Origin: Octopus vulgaris
Taxonomy: Eukaryota
NCBI GenBank assembly: GCA_951406725.2
Contig: OX597837.1
Span: 37,386,001-37,450,000 of the forward strand
DNA length: 64,000 nucleotides
Direction: 5' to 3'
Position numbers and translations under genes: made by a program
Notes under the pieces: model-generated
The model's input: only the letters and a program-made list of their open reading frames with translations
What the model was told of the DNA's origin: nothing
Database searches by the model: none
Part shown: positions 1-14,222 of the stretch, one piece after another
Numbering within the stretch: the first letter of the stretch is position 1
Layout of the letters: the number at the start of each line of letters is the position of its first letter

Positions 1-514
1 TTAATCCGTTTGTCTGTCCTTGTTTGTCCCCTCTATGTTTAGCCCCTTGTGGGCAATAAAGAAATAATAAAGGGGTTACATAATCGGGATGCAATTGGGT
101 AACATAGTAGGGTCACAACTGGCACAATGACTGAGTTATTTAATGGTGAAACAGTTGGTCTAAATGAAGGCAACATAAAGGACTTGCATAGTGGTGGCCC
201 CACAACTGGGGTTGCAATTTCGGCACATGGGGTTTGTGTTAAGATACAATATATGAGTCACGTAGTCACGCGATAGCAATATATCTCTGCTGTTTGATTG
301 TGGCACAACAGCATAATTAGACTGCAATGGTTAAATTATTGCGTTGTATGATGGAGCATGGAATATAAAGAGCTGGAACAGGATATTATGAGGTACTGAC
401 ATCGTTGAACGCTAACGATTTCACTAATTTATTTCTCTGGATTGGTGGTACTTTATAAATGTTATTTATTATTTGTTTTTGTTGACCCCCAGAAGACATG
501 AACAGCAAAGATGA

Positions 515-870
515 TGATAATGCGGATAATGGTATCGATGGTGGTGATGATGTTGCGGGTGGTGGTGATGATGGTGGTGGTATTGATTATGATGATGGTG
601 TAGATGTAGACAGTGGTGATAACAATGATGATGGTGATGGTGGTGGTGGTGTTGGTGATAGTAATGGTGGTGGTGATGATGATGATGATAGTGGTACTGA
701 TGGTGGTGTAGAAGGTGGTGACGGTGGTGGTTATGGTAGTAGTGTTTATGAGTGGTGGTGGTAGTTACGGCGGTGATTGCCATGGTAGTGGTGTTGATGA
801 TGGTGGTGGTGTCAATGGTGGGATGGTGGTGGTGGTGACAGTAGTAGGGAGATGATGATGATGATGACAA
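515..870. repeat. Degenerate (GGT/GAT)n low-complexity tract
   Basis: Triplet repeat visible directly. Confidence 0.9.
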
Positions 871-1034
871 TAGAATGAGTCAAAATAAAAACACTGACAA
901 GCCTGCTCCCCTCCCACTCCCCATATACTCCAGCCCACCCTCATCACACCCAAGCAATTCCTGCTTTTTCTTACTTTACACCCACAATATTGAGTAGTGG
1001 GGAGAGGGACATTTGGGGCAGAGTGATAGCATGC

Positions 1035-1315
1035 TGAGTGGAGGCTGAAGGGTGTGTTGAGTGGAGATGGAGAGTATGTGGAGTTGAGATGGAGAGTGAC
1101 TGTGGTGAGTGGAGATCAGTGAGTGTGGTGAGTGGAGGTCGGAGAGTGAGTGTGGTGAGTGGGGGTCGGAGAGTGAGTGTGGTGAGTGGAGGTCGGAGAG
1201 TGAGTGTGATGAGTGGAGATTGGAGAGTGTGTGTGTGTGTGTTGAGTGAAGGTTGGAGAGTGAGTGTGATGAGTGGAGATCAGAGAGTGAGTGTATTGAG
1301 TGGAGGTTGGTGAGA
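1035..1315. repeat. ~27-bp minisatellite (gagtgagtgtggtgagtggaggtcgga)
   Basis: About 8-10 degenerate tandem units. Confidence 0.85.
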
Positions 1316-2156
1316 AGAGAATAGGTCAATGTCGGGTGAACTTGAAAGGTTGTTGTTAATGTTGTTATTGTTTAGCCTCAGTTAAGCTCTCATCAGGCAG
1401 ACTTACAATCAAAGCCATTCCAACCAGCCATGACCATCCCTTCATCTACTCATATATCAAAGACCTTAAATAATCTAATGTACTCTTCTTACTTAAAACA
1501 GCAGGGTGGGACTTGAGGGAGATTTGGCTGTTATTTCTAGCATACGCAGTGTGTTGTTGTCAACCTTTACATTACTCAATACCCTCGTTCACCAAATGGC
1601 ATTTTACAAATGCCTACAGCAATTGTTTCTCTCAAACAGAAGCTAATTTTGTGCAGTAATTTATCATCCCCTCACCTTCTCCAATCCCCTGAATCACTTG
1701 TTTTTATCCACATTCCTGTAACTTGAAAGTATCCTCTGATATCTTTACCACCATTGGGTCTATCTCCCTGTCTGTCTGTTTGTCTCCCTCTGCCTTCTGT
1801 CTCCACTCCTCTCTCTTTTCCAAGTGGGGTGACCATGTATCCCCTTTACAGTAAGCCACTTGTACCTGTTCCTCTATCGTACTTTAACCTCTCATCCCTT
1901 GGCATTAAGCCTCATCCCTCAATGCTACACACTCCTTGGTTGTGGGGTCTTGTCTTGCAAGTCACTTTGGTGACCTCACTAACGTTGGTGCTACATAAAA
2001 AGTACCCGGTACACTTTGTAAAGTGGCTGGTATTTAGGACAGGCATCCAGCTGTAGAAACCAAGCCACAGCAAACACTGAGGCTTGGGGCAGTCCCTTGG
2101 CCTGCCTGATCCTGTTGAATTGTCTAACACTAGCCAGCATGGAACACAGACACAGG

Positions 2157-2877
2157 ATGATGATGACGATGATGACTCTGGTGATGACGACGACGACTAT
2201 GATGATGACGACGACTATGATGATGATGACGACAACTATGATGATGATGATGACAACTATGATGATGATGACGACAACTATGATGATGATGAAGACAACT
2301 ATGATGATGATGATGATGACTATGATGATGATGACGACGACTATGATGATGATGATGACTATGATGATGATGACGATGACTATGATGATGATGGTGATGA
2401 TGATGATGATGATAACTATGATGATGACAACTATGATGATGATAACGACAACTATGATGATGATGACGACAACTATTATGGTGGTGATGACAAAAGCGAC
2501 TATGATGATAATGATGGTGATGATGATGATGATGATAACTATGATGATGACAACTATGATGATGATGACGACAACTATGATGATGATGACGACAACTATG
2601 ATGGTGATGACGATGACTATGATGATGATGGTGATGATGATGATGATGATAACTATGATGATGACAACTATGATGATGATGACGACAACTATGATGATGA
2701 TGACGACAACTATGATGGTGATGACGATGACTATGATGATGATGGTGATGATGATGATGATGACAACTATGATGATGACAACTATGATAACGACAACTAT
2801 GATGGTGGTGATGATGAAAACAACCATGGGATAACAGCTATGATGATGATGATGACCTATGGTGATGATGATGATGG
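2157..2877. repeat. Complex (GAT)n repeat punctuated by GAC/AAC/TAT, grown from a SINE (TGA)n tail
   Basis: Starts directly after a SINE 3' end (...gcatggaacacagacacag) and shows higher-order duplicated blocks. Confidence 0.85.
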
Positions 2878-3678
2878 TTTTCTTTAACAATCTAATCCAA
2901 CATGTACCTCTTTCTCATATATTGTGATGGACAGGTTCCTCCTTTGCTGAATTTTCATAGAAATTTACTAAAAGCAAGAACTTAGATAACAAAATTCTTC
3001 TGATTTGGGACCCTGGTCTTCGACTTTCACCCTCGGTCTCCTACCACAGCCTTGGATTAACCAAATCTTTCTGGGTGGGTTTGGTAGACTGAAACTAATA
3101 AAAGCCCATCATTGTGTGTGTGTGTGTGTGTGTGTGTGTATGAATCTAGGTACGTATGTATGTAAGTGTGCATTGTATAAGTGTATGCGTGTGAGTGTGT
3201 GTGCATCAGAGTGTGTGTGTGTGTGTGTGTGTCCTTGTCTTGATGTCACACAATACTTGTAAATAAGCATCACCATACAACAAGTGGTGTTGTTCATTTC
3301 CAATCTTCCATGAAAACATGTCTGGCCATGAAGGGGGTGGGGTGGAATGTACCTTTGCTTGGAAACAGGTGAGAGTTGGGACAGGAAGGGCATCCAGCAG
3401 TGGAAAAATCTGCCTCAACAAATTCTCTCTGACTCATGGGACAAAGGATGGTAAAGGCAACCATGGGATAAAGAACAGTAAATGATGATGATGATGGTAA
3501 TGATGATGATGATGATGATGAGGTTGATGGTGATGACAACGATGATGATAATGATGGTGGTGATACTGGAACTTATCTCATTACCAGTTGCGTTCTCTCC
3601 TCACTAGCAGCCTGATGTCTTCACTCATATTCTTAATCCCAGCAAAGATCTTCTTGGAAATTCCACAGGTGAAAAGCA

Positions 3679-3907
3679 TTAACCCTTTTGTTACCATATT
3701 TCTGTTGAGATGCTCTGTGTTTCTTTCAATTAATTTTAAATATAACAAAGAATTTAGTAAAATAACTTTGTTATCATTAAGTTTGTGTTAGGAACATGAA
3801 TTGTGACTAAGGTTTGGTGGAAGATTTTGATTCGGAACTTATGTAAACAAGACATTTGTACTCAGAGACAGAACTGGTTTCAGCCGGGTTGGTATCAAAA
3901 GGGTTAA
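3679..3907. mobile_element. TTAA-flanked MITE, family 1 (piggyBac-type ends), ~230 bp
   Basis: ttaaCCCTTT...AAAGGGttaa termini; the same body recurs at 4686, 5033, 47869, 48227 and 54835. Confidence 0.8.
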
Positions 3908-4685
3908 ACTGGCAGTATCCAGCCAAAATATTCCACTTGTTTTATGTTCAAACTGGCCATATCACGCCTTTCACACCTACCCTACAATGTCATTCTAAAA
4001 ATAAACAATCACATCATTGAAATTTCAAAGCTATGAGGTAATGCAGGATTAATTCGAAACAATGTGGATTAACAAGGATTACATTTAACAAAATAATCTG
4101 AATGTGAAAGGGCTAAATGCGTAGTCTGCTTATTATCTTTTACTTCTTTCAGTCTTTAGACTTTGGTCATACTGGAGCACTATCTTGTTCTCTTGTTAAA
4201 CCTCGTACTTATTCTAGCAGTCTTATTTTGGCAAACCACTAAGTTACAGAGACACCAACAAACCAACATTGGTTGTCAAGCATTGGGATGTGGGGAGAAA
4301 CACAGACAACCATCTATCTACCTGTCTGACTACCTATCTGTCTGTCTACCTGTCTGTCTATCTATCTATCTACCTGTCTGTCTATCTATCTATCTATCTA
4401 TCTATCTACCTGTCAGTCTGGGAGTGAACCCAGAACCATGTGGTTGGGAAGCAAACTTCTTACCACACAGCCAAGGCTGCACCTATCTGTGTATTGTACC
4501 TGGTTTAAATATTTCATTTCACAGGTAAATCAAAACCTTTCTAATCACACAGTGCACTCTTTCTTACAGTACCCCCACCGTGAGCTCACAACACATTTAA
4601 AAATAACAATGTTGTACTGAGTTTAACCAATTTCATACCAACCCACCTCAAACCACTCCTGCTCCAATGATATAAGCTTCCTGTT

Positions 4686-5262
4686 TTAACCCTTTAATTA
4701 CCAACCCGGCTGAAACTGCCTCTGGCTCTGTAGTTAAAAATGTCTTGTTTTCATAAGTTCTGAATTAAAATCTTCCACCAAACCTTAGTCACAATTTATG
4801 TTCTTAACACTAGCTGAATGATAACTAAGTTATTTTACTAAATTCTGTGTTATATTTAAAATTAATTGAAAGAAACACAGAGCAACTCAACAGAAATATG
4901 GTAACAAAAGGGTTAATCTTTTTTGTTCTGTGGGATTTCCACAGGTCCCATTAGTATTGATGTTGAAGATATGAAAGGTGAAGATGACCTCAGCAGCAAT
5001 AAAATCATTCTTCCTTTCTTAAATAGCTTCTCTTAACCCTTTTGATACCAACCCAGCTGAAACCACCTCTGGCTCTGTAGTACAAATGTCTTGTTTTCAT
5101 AAGTTTTGAATTAAAATCTTCCACCAAACCTTAGTCACAATTTATGTTCCTAACACTAGCTTAATGATAACTAAGTTATTTTACTAAATTCTTTGTTATA
5201 TTTAAAGTAATTGAAACAAACACAGAGCATCTCAAAATAAATACAGTAACGAAAGGGTTTAA
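4686..5262. mobile_element. Composite MITE-spacer-MITE (family 1), copy A
   Basis: MITE 4686-4916, 116-bp spacer 4917-5032, MITE 5033-5262. An inverted homolog of the unit is at 47869-48398. Confidence 0.75.
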
Positions 5263-7260
5263 AGTGAACTATATTACAACCCTCCATTAATTTGTGTTTC
5301 AAACTCCAGCTTAATAACGACAGTTAATTTACTAAACCCTTCATTATTTTTTTAAAATCAACTGAAACAAAGGCAGTGTATTGCAACAGAAATATGGTAA
5401 CAAAAGGGCTAAAGCTTTTGTAGGGAAATGACTAATTAATAGTAAATTGTAAGGGAATTTAGTCATAAGTCCTGCTCAAGACAACATTTCTTAAATCTTC
5501 ATTGGGGTGTCTGATGGATTAAGCACAGCAAAACCTTTTAAAGACAGTTTTCAGATTGTTTAACTCTTTTACGTGTTTCAGTCATTTGACTGTGGCCATG
5601 CTGGAGCACTGCCTTTAGTCGAGCAAATCGACCCCGAGGACTTATTCTTTGGAAGCCTTGTACTTATTCTATCGGTCTCTTTTGCTGAACTGGTAAGTTA
5701 CAGGGATGTAAACACACCAGCATCGATTGTCAAGCGATGTTGGGGGGGGGGGACAAACACACACACACACACACATATATATATATGTCTGGCCCCGTGT
5801 CGGTGGCACATAAAAGCACCATCCGTTCGTGTCCGTTGCCAGCATCGCCTGGCCCCGTGCCGGTGGCACGTAAAAAGCACCATCCGTTCGTGGCCGTTTG
5901 CCAGCTCTGTCTGGCACCTGTGCAGGTGGCACGTAAAAAGCACCCACTACACTCGTGGAGTTGTTGGTGTTAGGAAGGGCATCCAGCCGTAGAAACACTG
6001 CCAGATCTGACTGGCCTGGTGCAGCCTTCTGGCTTCCCAGACCCCAGTTGAACCGTCCAACCCATGCTAGCATGGAAAGCGGACGCTAAATGATGATGAT
6101 GATGATATATATATATATATATGAAAACCAAGCCAAAATAGATGACTGAAGCCTGATGCAGCTCTCTGGCTTACCAATTCCAGTCTCAACATCTAACCCA
6201 TGCCAGCTGGGAAAACGGACATTAAATGATGATGATGATGATGATGATATGTAGCACTGTTCATTCAGACATGTTTTTCTCTCTCTCTGTTTCTTCTCCT
6301 CATTCTTGTCTGTAGAAAACCATAGGCTCGAGATATTTAACACTTCTTCCATTTTTCCTGAATATCAAACAAATACACACTGTTTGTTGTTCTTTCACCA
6401 GTCTCTATTTTTCGTATATTTTTTATATATACACAGACACACACACATATATATATATATACACATGCACACATATATATTATGTCTGAGTGTGTGTGTA
6501 TGTATGTGTGAGTATATACTTTTTGTACAGCCAGGAACTTATTCTATTGGTCTCTTTTGCCAAACCGCTAAGTTACAGGGACACAAATGTACCGACACCA
6601 GTTGTCAAGCAGTGATGGAGGACAAACACAGACACAAACACCCACACATTACAATGGGCTTCTTTCAGTTTCCGTCTATCAAATCCGCTCACAAGGCTTT
6701 GGTTGGCCTGAGGCTACAGTAGAAGACACTCACCCCAAGGTGGCACATAGCAGGACTGAACCTAGAACCATGTGACTGGGAAGCTAACTTCTTACCAGAC
6801 AGCCACGCCTGAAGATATATAACATTTTTTCGGTTAGGAGAATCTCTGAGACATGAAATATATTCCAAGGATTCCCTATGAATAAGATGGTTCGGAAATG
6901 CTAGTATAAAGTGTAGATAGAGGTTGCTGTCATTTGGTCCAAAGTTGGCCACCTCAACTGAGCAGGCTAAATAGCCAAAGGCCTTCCAACTATGCCCATA
7001 CCATCTATCTTCACGGACATGCTGTATCCTGTGTAGCCTTCACTTTTTTGAAACTGTATCGTGTGGTTTGAAAGGCGATTTGGCTGCTGTGTCTAGCAAG
7101 TCAAACGACCATATAGAGGCTGCCTCGTTGGCATGAGAGTGAAGAGGCAGGTGTGTATAGAGCATTGAGTGTAGAGGTGGGTGTTTATAGCAGACAGCTT
7201 AGAGTAAACAGTGAAGTAGAGATATAGTACCAGGTGTCTGATGACATCTAGCATACCCTT

Positions 7261-7327
7261 ACATATATATATATACATTTATATATTTATACATTCATAC
7301 ATACATATATATATGCATACATACATA

Positions 7328-7371
<44 letters not shown>

Positions 7372-7391
7372 TACATACATATATGTATGTA

Positions 7392-7440
<49 letters not shown>

Positions 7441-7663
7441 GACTGTATATATATATACATGACTATATATATATTATATATATATATACATGATATATAT
7501 ATATATATATATATATTTTATATATATACATGACATATATATATATATATATATATATATTTTATATATATACATGACTGTATATATATATATACATGAT
7601 TATATATATATACATGACTATATATATTATATATATATACATGACTATATATATATGAGTATG

Positions 7664-7701
<38 letters not shown>

Positions 7702-8168
7702 TATAGTCATATATGTATGTATTCATATATGAATATATATATGAATATATATGTATATATATATATATAGGTAGGTTTGTAGGTATGTATATATACACAT
7801 TGTAATAATTATCCGTGTGTAATCGCATAAGAGAACGCAGTGTCTGTGTATATGTGTTTGGAGATAGATACGCACATACAAACTACACAGTCACATCTGT
7901 GAAGTAACCTACCGACATATATTAACACATTTATGCAAACATACAAACACTGTTTACCAGACAACTTATACCCACTCAGCTACCCACGTTATAAGATATA
8001 CGATATGTATGTTAGATGTATGCATGTATGTATTGATGTATGTGTATATGTATGTATGTATATGTGTGTATATGTGTGTGTATCTGCATATATATGTGTG
8101 TGTATATATTTATATAAATATGTATATATATTTACATATATATATATTTATATAGATATAGACATACT

Positions 8169-8210
<42 letters not shown>

Positions 8211-8228
8211 TATTTATCTCTCTCTCTA

Positions 8229-8260
<32 letters not shown>

Positions 8261-8969
8261 ATGTGTGTATATATGTGTGTATATGTGTATATATATGTAT
8301 ATATATGAGTATATATATGTGTATATGTGTGTATATATGTGTATATATATGTGTATATGTGTGTATATATATGTGTATATGTGTGTATATATATGTATAT
8401 ATATATGTGTATATATGTGTGTATATATATGTATATATATGTGTGTATATATATGTATAAATATGTGTATATATATATGTATAAATATGTGTATATATAT
8501 GTATAAATATGTGTATGAATATGTGTATATATATATATATATGTGTGTATATTGTGTATATATGTATTATGTATATATATATATATGTGTGTGTGTGTAT
8601 GTATTATGGTTGATAAACATTTGAGAGATCTACATATATATATGTATATACATAACAAATATACGATTCTTGTACATATATATACACATACATACACACA
8701 TATATGCATGTATGTATGTATGTATATTATGCAAGTTCATAGAGGAAGTAACATGTGGTTACTCAACCTGCTAGAAATAGCAGTTAAATCTTCTTCAAAT
8801 CACACCCTACAGTTTTAAAAAGGACACGTTGATATCGGAGTCCGGGTGGAGAAAAACCATGCATGGAACAGAAGGAAAAAAAAAACAATGCAAGGGCAGG
8901 ATGGTCATATATGGAATTTCTTTGCTGATAGGTCAGCTTAACCAGAGCTGACTTAGGACTAAACAACAT

Positions 8970-9006
<37 letters not shown>

Positions 9007-9171
9007 ATGTGTGTAGTGTATGCATGTATGTATGTGTAAATATGCACACGTATTCACACGCCTAATTTGACATATATGACTCATATGTCTGTCTTGACAG
9101 AGACACATGCAATCTCACTGACAATACATATATACACACCATATATACAAATACTGATATATATATATGTA

Positions 9172-9204
<33 letters not shown>

Positions 9205-9457
9205 ATATGTATGTATATGTATGTATGTATATATATATGTATGTATATATATATGTGTGTATATATATGTGTGTATATATGTGTGTGTATATACGTGTGT
9301 GTATATATATATGTATGTATATATATATGTATATATATATGTATGTATGTATATATATGTATGGATATGTATGTATATGTATATATATGTATGTATATGT
9401 ATATATATGTATGTATGTATGTATATGTATGTATATATATGTATATATATATGTATG

Positions 9458-9488
<31 letters not shown>

Positions 9489-9650
9489 GTGTATGTATGT
9501 ATATATGTGTATGTATGTATATGTATGTATGTATATATATATGTATGTATATATATGTGTGTATATATATGTATATATATATGTATATATATATGTGTAT
9601 ATATATGTATGTATATATATATATATATAGATATGTATATATGTACACAT
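7261..9650. repeat. Large compound (TA)/(TG)/(CATA) microsatellite fields in the Rab43 intron
   Basis: Seen directly; source of the many Y/I/C/V-rich ORFs. Confidence 0.9.
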
Positions 9651-10330
9651 TGTATTTACTTATGATCTGTCCTTACTTTATTACATTTGAATATTTTAAC
9701 AGCTCTAGTTAGATTATATTCCGTCTCTGTTTATCTCTCTCTTAGACAAAAATATCAATAATAATAATAATAATAATGATGATGATAATAATAATCCTTT
9801 CTACTAAAGACTCAAGGCATGAAATTTTGGGGGTAAGGGGACCCAGTGTTTCACTGGTACTTAATTTATCGAAGCTGAAAGGATGAAAAGGCAAAGCTGA
9901 CCTCGGGCGGAATTTCAATTCGGTAATAATAATGCTTTCTATAATAAGCACAAGGCCAGGAATTGGGTGGGAGGAGGGGGTTAGTCGATTACACCAACCC
10001 CCAGTGCTCCACTAGTACTCATTTTATCGACCCCCCCCCCAAAGGGATGAAGGGCAAACCTTGGCAGAATTTGAACTCAGACCATAACAATAATAATAAT
10101 AATAATAATAATTTCATTTATCTGCCACAAGGGCAAAGATTAGGGGGTACAATACAAAGACATACATAAAGTGTGGGAGTTTAATGGTAATTATAATAAT
10201 GATAGTAATAATAATAGTAATAAGAACAACAACAATTGATTCTAATTAAGATATAGGGCCAATAATTTTCAGGGGTGAGGTAGGTCAGGAGATTTCATCG
10301 ACCCCTCAAGTCCTAGATTGGTAAATAATA

Positions 10331-10366
<36 letters not shown>

Positions 10367-10691
10367 CCTTTCTACTATAGGTACAGGGGTTGAAATAAGG
10401 GGGTAGGGGGAAAAGCTATTACATCGTTCTCCGGTACTCAACTGGTACTTTTATCTTAACGTCCCCTCCCTGCCACCGAAAGGATGAAAGGCAAATTTAA
10501 CGATAATAATAATAATAATCATCATCATCATCAATGGTAGTAGTAGTAGTAGTAGTAGTAGTAGTAACAACAATCCTAATGTTTCCCAACATAGGCACAG
10601 TGCCAGATAAACAATAAATATAATAATCCCCCTTAATCCTTTAATTAACTAATCTTTAATCGATTGCTAATTGCTATGAGGATGACATGAC

Positions 10692-10733
<42 letters not shown>

Positions 10734-11097
10734 CTCTACCAGTACATGTACATACAAACACAGTTACTGCAAGCTTCAGGTTAAACAAATACCACCAGCA
10801 AGTCACTAATTACTATAATTAATAATAATTATTCTGGTTGTTGTTGGTTTTGTTATTTATTTAGACAAAACACAATATTTATGGTTGATTTATATATATT
10901 TTGGAAATTTATTTTTATTATTTTGTTTTAATGTTGTGTGTGTGTGGAGGTGGTTTATAATTTGAAGACTCCAACTTCTGAATCCATGGTCTGGTGTCTA
11001 TAAGAAATCCTAATTATATTTGTATATAATTATACAATGACCACCCTGAAGAAAGGCATCTAAAATACCTGTATATACACAGATATGTGTGTGCGTG

Positions 11098-11138
<41 letters not shown>

Positions 11139-11214
11139 ATACACATATATACATGCATGAATGTGTGCATATGTAAACGTACATATATACATACACATAT
11201 CTGTATATAATACA

Positions 11215-11354
11215 TGCAGATAGATAGATAAATAGACAGATAGATAGATAGTGGCCAAATAGTAAGAGATAGTTAGATAGACAGATAGTGGGCAGATAGA
11301 TAGATAGATAGACAGATAGATAGATAGATAGATAGACAGTGGGCAGATAGTAAG

Positions 11355-11388
<34 letters not shown>

Positions 11389-11432
11389 TAGGCAGATAGA
11401 TAGATAGATAGTGGGCAGATAGATAGACAGAC

Positions 11433-11471
<39 letters not shown>

Positions 11472-11520
11472 CAGCCAGACAGTGGGCAGATAGTAAGAGA
11501 TAGATAGATAGACAGATAGG
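11215..11520. repeat. (GATA)n tetranucleotide array
   Basis: Seen directly. Confidence 0.9.
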
Positions 11521-12923
11521 CTTAAACATACACACAGCCAAATGTAAATAGGGATATGTTTGGTATGCCTAAGTCTATGTATGTAGAAACGAATTTTGAA
11601 AAGGAGGACAGGCAGATAGGACGAAGAAAGAAAGAAAATAAGAAAGGAATACGAAAGAAAGAAAGAAAGGAAATAACAGGTTCGCCATGGAACTCGTTTT
11701 GTCAATGTAATAAGTATCCATAGTAAAAAGTGACAATGGGTGGGAAAAAAACAACAAAAACGCAAATACCAGAAGACAGTTTGTTGCTTCTGGTCATTGA
11801 AAATAATGTAGGGTACCCCACGGCAGTGGTTAGAAGGGGGTGGTTGTGATAGTGGGGTAGATGACAGAATGGTGGTGGTTGTACGACAATTGTAACATTC
11901 ATTGTAGTATTTGCTATAGTTGTGGTGTTGGTGGTAGTGGTGTGGTTGTTGTTGTTTTTGGTGGGGCAGTTGTGGCGGTTATAGGACAATCGTTGGTATT
12001 TGGTGGTGGAGCAGTTGTGGTGGTGGTGTCGACTACAGTGGTGTTATGCTAGGGCAGTTGTGGCGGTAGTTGGATTATAACAGGTCGTTGTTGTTGTCGT
12101 TATTAATCTCAGGTTAATCCTGATCGAGCAAAGGCGTTCCAGCCGTGACTACCCCCTTTTCTTTTTTTCTTTTTTTTTTTTGCATTTTAGAGACATCAGC
12201 CAAAATGTCGTTATGATCTGAGGGAGATTTGGTTTGTATTTCTAGCAAGATGAGAATCCTTTGTTGTGGTGGTTTCTAATGGTGGAGCAGTATGTTGTTG
12301 GTTATAGTGATGGTAGTGTTGATTATTGCTGTTGTTTAACCCCAGGTCAACCCGATGTGAGCAGATTTAGGATCGAAGACAATCCAGCCACGGTCTTTCT
12401 GTATTTGTGGGATTATACCGGGGACTACCGAGGTATACGTGATCCAACAGGTCCTTTCATTTCCTAAAAATGAGTGTGAAGGTGTACGTGTGAGTGTGGT
12501 TATGATTTGATGGATATTTCGCTGCTATTTCTAGCATAAACATCGACTACCTAAAAGCTCTCTGAACGATCGCGATGGATTGAGGTGGTCGTACGATGGG
12601 GTGGGGACGATTATATATTTTTAATCTAGCCAACAACTAAACTAGGATGTCCAGTAATTATCATCAAAATATATGAGCAATTCGTTAACCAAAATTAGTA
12701 ATTAGCTTCTAATTACGATATCTTAATTTGCCACAAGGGCAACCGATAAGGGACAGAAATAAGTAATTAACTTAATAATCACGATAGGTTTATTTGCCAC
12801 AAGAGCAACAGATACGCATAAGGGACATTTACACAGACGAAGCACAACAAATAAGATTAATTAAAAAAATACTTAAGAATCCAAACATTTGGGACCCTTT
12901 TAAACATTTTTTTTTGTCCTCAC

Positions 12924-13121
12924 CTTGACTAGTTTACCATCGATCTGAAGGGTCTTCATGGTAAAATCAACTCCGATGGTGCTGCCGTGTTTCTCCAGAT
13001 ATGTCCCAGACTTGAAGCGCTGCACCACACAGGTCTTTCCAACACCAGCGTCGCCAATTAGGACGATCTTGAACAAGAAATCAAACGAATCATCTGGGTC
13101 TAAATGGGAATGATACGCCAT
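12924..13121 (-). CDS. RAB43: Rab43/Rab19-like small GTPase, first coding exon (66 aa); remaining exons not seen in 1-12923 and probably beyond the window start
   Basis: ATG at 13121 gives [66 protein letters not shown]. It has the P-loop GDAGVGKT, RabF1 IGVDF and the Rab43-type KTCVVQRFK and [12 protein letters not shown]. It ends at a phase-0 donor AAG|GTGAGG, just before the expected LQIWDTAGQE. Confidence 0.92.
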
Positions 13122-13727
13122 CGTTGCCACAATAAAAAATAATTAATTAAAAATATAAGCCTTGATGTAATGATGTCCGTCCGTATATATATATATATCT
13201 AACCAGACTGTCTCTTTTCCTTTCTGTATATATATATATATTCTTGTGATCCTTATTTCCTTCGAAGTCCCACCCCGATACTATCGGTCCTCGTTCGCCG
13301 CCTTCGTCATAGCCAGCCACTTGCGACTTGGTCTCTCTCTTTAGAAATAATATATTTATATACACCATGTATTGAGTGCTTTTTTTCTTTCGTTTGTAAA
13401 CATACACGTATATATAAATTACAGCACTTCTCTCTCCATATAGTCTTCTTTGCGTGTGTGTATGTATGTGTGTATATATTGATAGAGATGGGTAGGCTAA
13501 GTAGATCGGGTGTATGTAGAGGTATTGGTATATAATATATAAATATATATATATATGTGTGTATATGTATGTATGTTTAAATATATGTGTGTATGAGCGG
13601 TTCGGTTTAATGTCCAGAACAGTAGCAGCAACACAGGCAAGTGCGTGCTGGAATCGAAATGACACACACGAAACCTACTACACACGTCTCGCCTCTCATA
13701 CACACACGCACTCGCTCCGTATGGAGG

Positions 13728-13739
13728 TGCGCGTGCGCG
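13728..13739. promoter_or_regulatory. NRF1/Ewg consensus site in the CpG-enriched region upstream of Rab43
   Basis: TGCGCGTGCGCG (reverse complement CGCGCACGCGCA) fits YGCGCAYGCGCR; about 600 bp upstream of the Rab43 ATG. Confidence 0.5.
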
Positions 13740-13847
13740 TGATCGTATGCGGGTGTATGTGTGTGTGTGCGTGTGTGCGTCTCTCTCTGTCTCTATGCGT
13801 TTGTGTCCATTTATATATATATATATATATATCTGTATGTAGGAATA

Positions 13848-14140
13848 ACTATATGTGTGCGTGAGCGAGCATTTATATATATGTATGTGTATGTATGAGC
13901 AGCTATATGTGTGTGTGAGCGAGTATTTATATGTGTATGTGTATGTATGAGCAGCTATATGTGTGTGTGTGAGTGAGCATTTATATATGTATGTGTATGT
14001 ATGAACAACTATATGTGTGCGTGAGCGAGCATTTATGTGTGTATATGTGTATGTATGAGCAGCTATATGTGCGTGTGAGTGAGCATTTATATATATATGT
14101 ATGTGTATGTATGAGCAGCTATATGTGTGTGTGTGTGTAT
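13848..14140. repeat. ~54-bp minisatellite (about 6 units) in the Rab43 upstream region
   Basis: Repeated ctatatgtgtgcgtgagcgagcatttatatatgtatgtgtatgtatgagcag. Confidence 0.8.
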
Positions 14141-14207
14141 AGTATGTAGGTATGTGTCTACATGTATGTGGGTGTGCGTTACACTAAAGTATGTGTAAGC
14201 GTACAAA

Positions 14208-14222
14208 CCGGAAGTGACGTAA
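14208..14222. promoter_or_regulatory. ETS-CRE composite motif
   Basis: CCGGAAGTGACGTAA is an overlapping ETS core (CCGGAAGT) and CRE (TGACGTAA), a typical housekeeping proximal-promoter element; about 1.1 kb upstream of the Rab43 ATG. Confidence 0.55.

Noticed and set aside
2084-2887. 267-aa Asp-rich ORF (DDDDNY repeats) resembling acidic shell-matrix proteins
   Set aside because: No ATG start or signal peptide. It grows from a SINE (TGA)n tail, lies antisense within the Rab43 intron, and other frames are equally open, as expected for a triplet repeat.
7241-9712. Numerous Y/I/C/V/H/T-rich ORFs (also 25335-26013, 44926-46297, 56243-56695)
   Set aside because: Translations of dinucleotide microsatellites.
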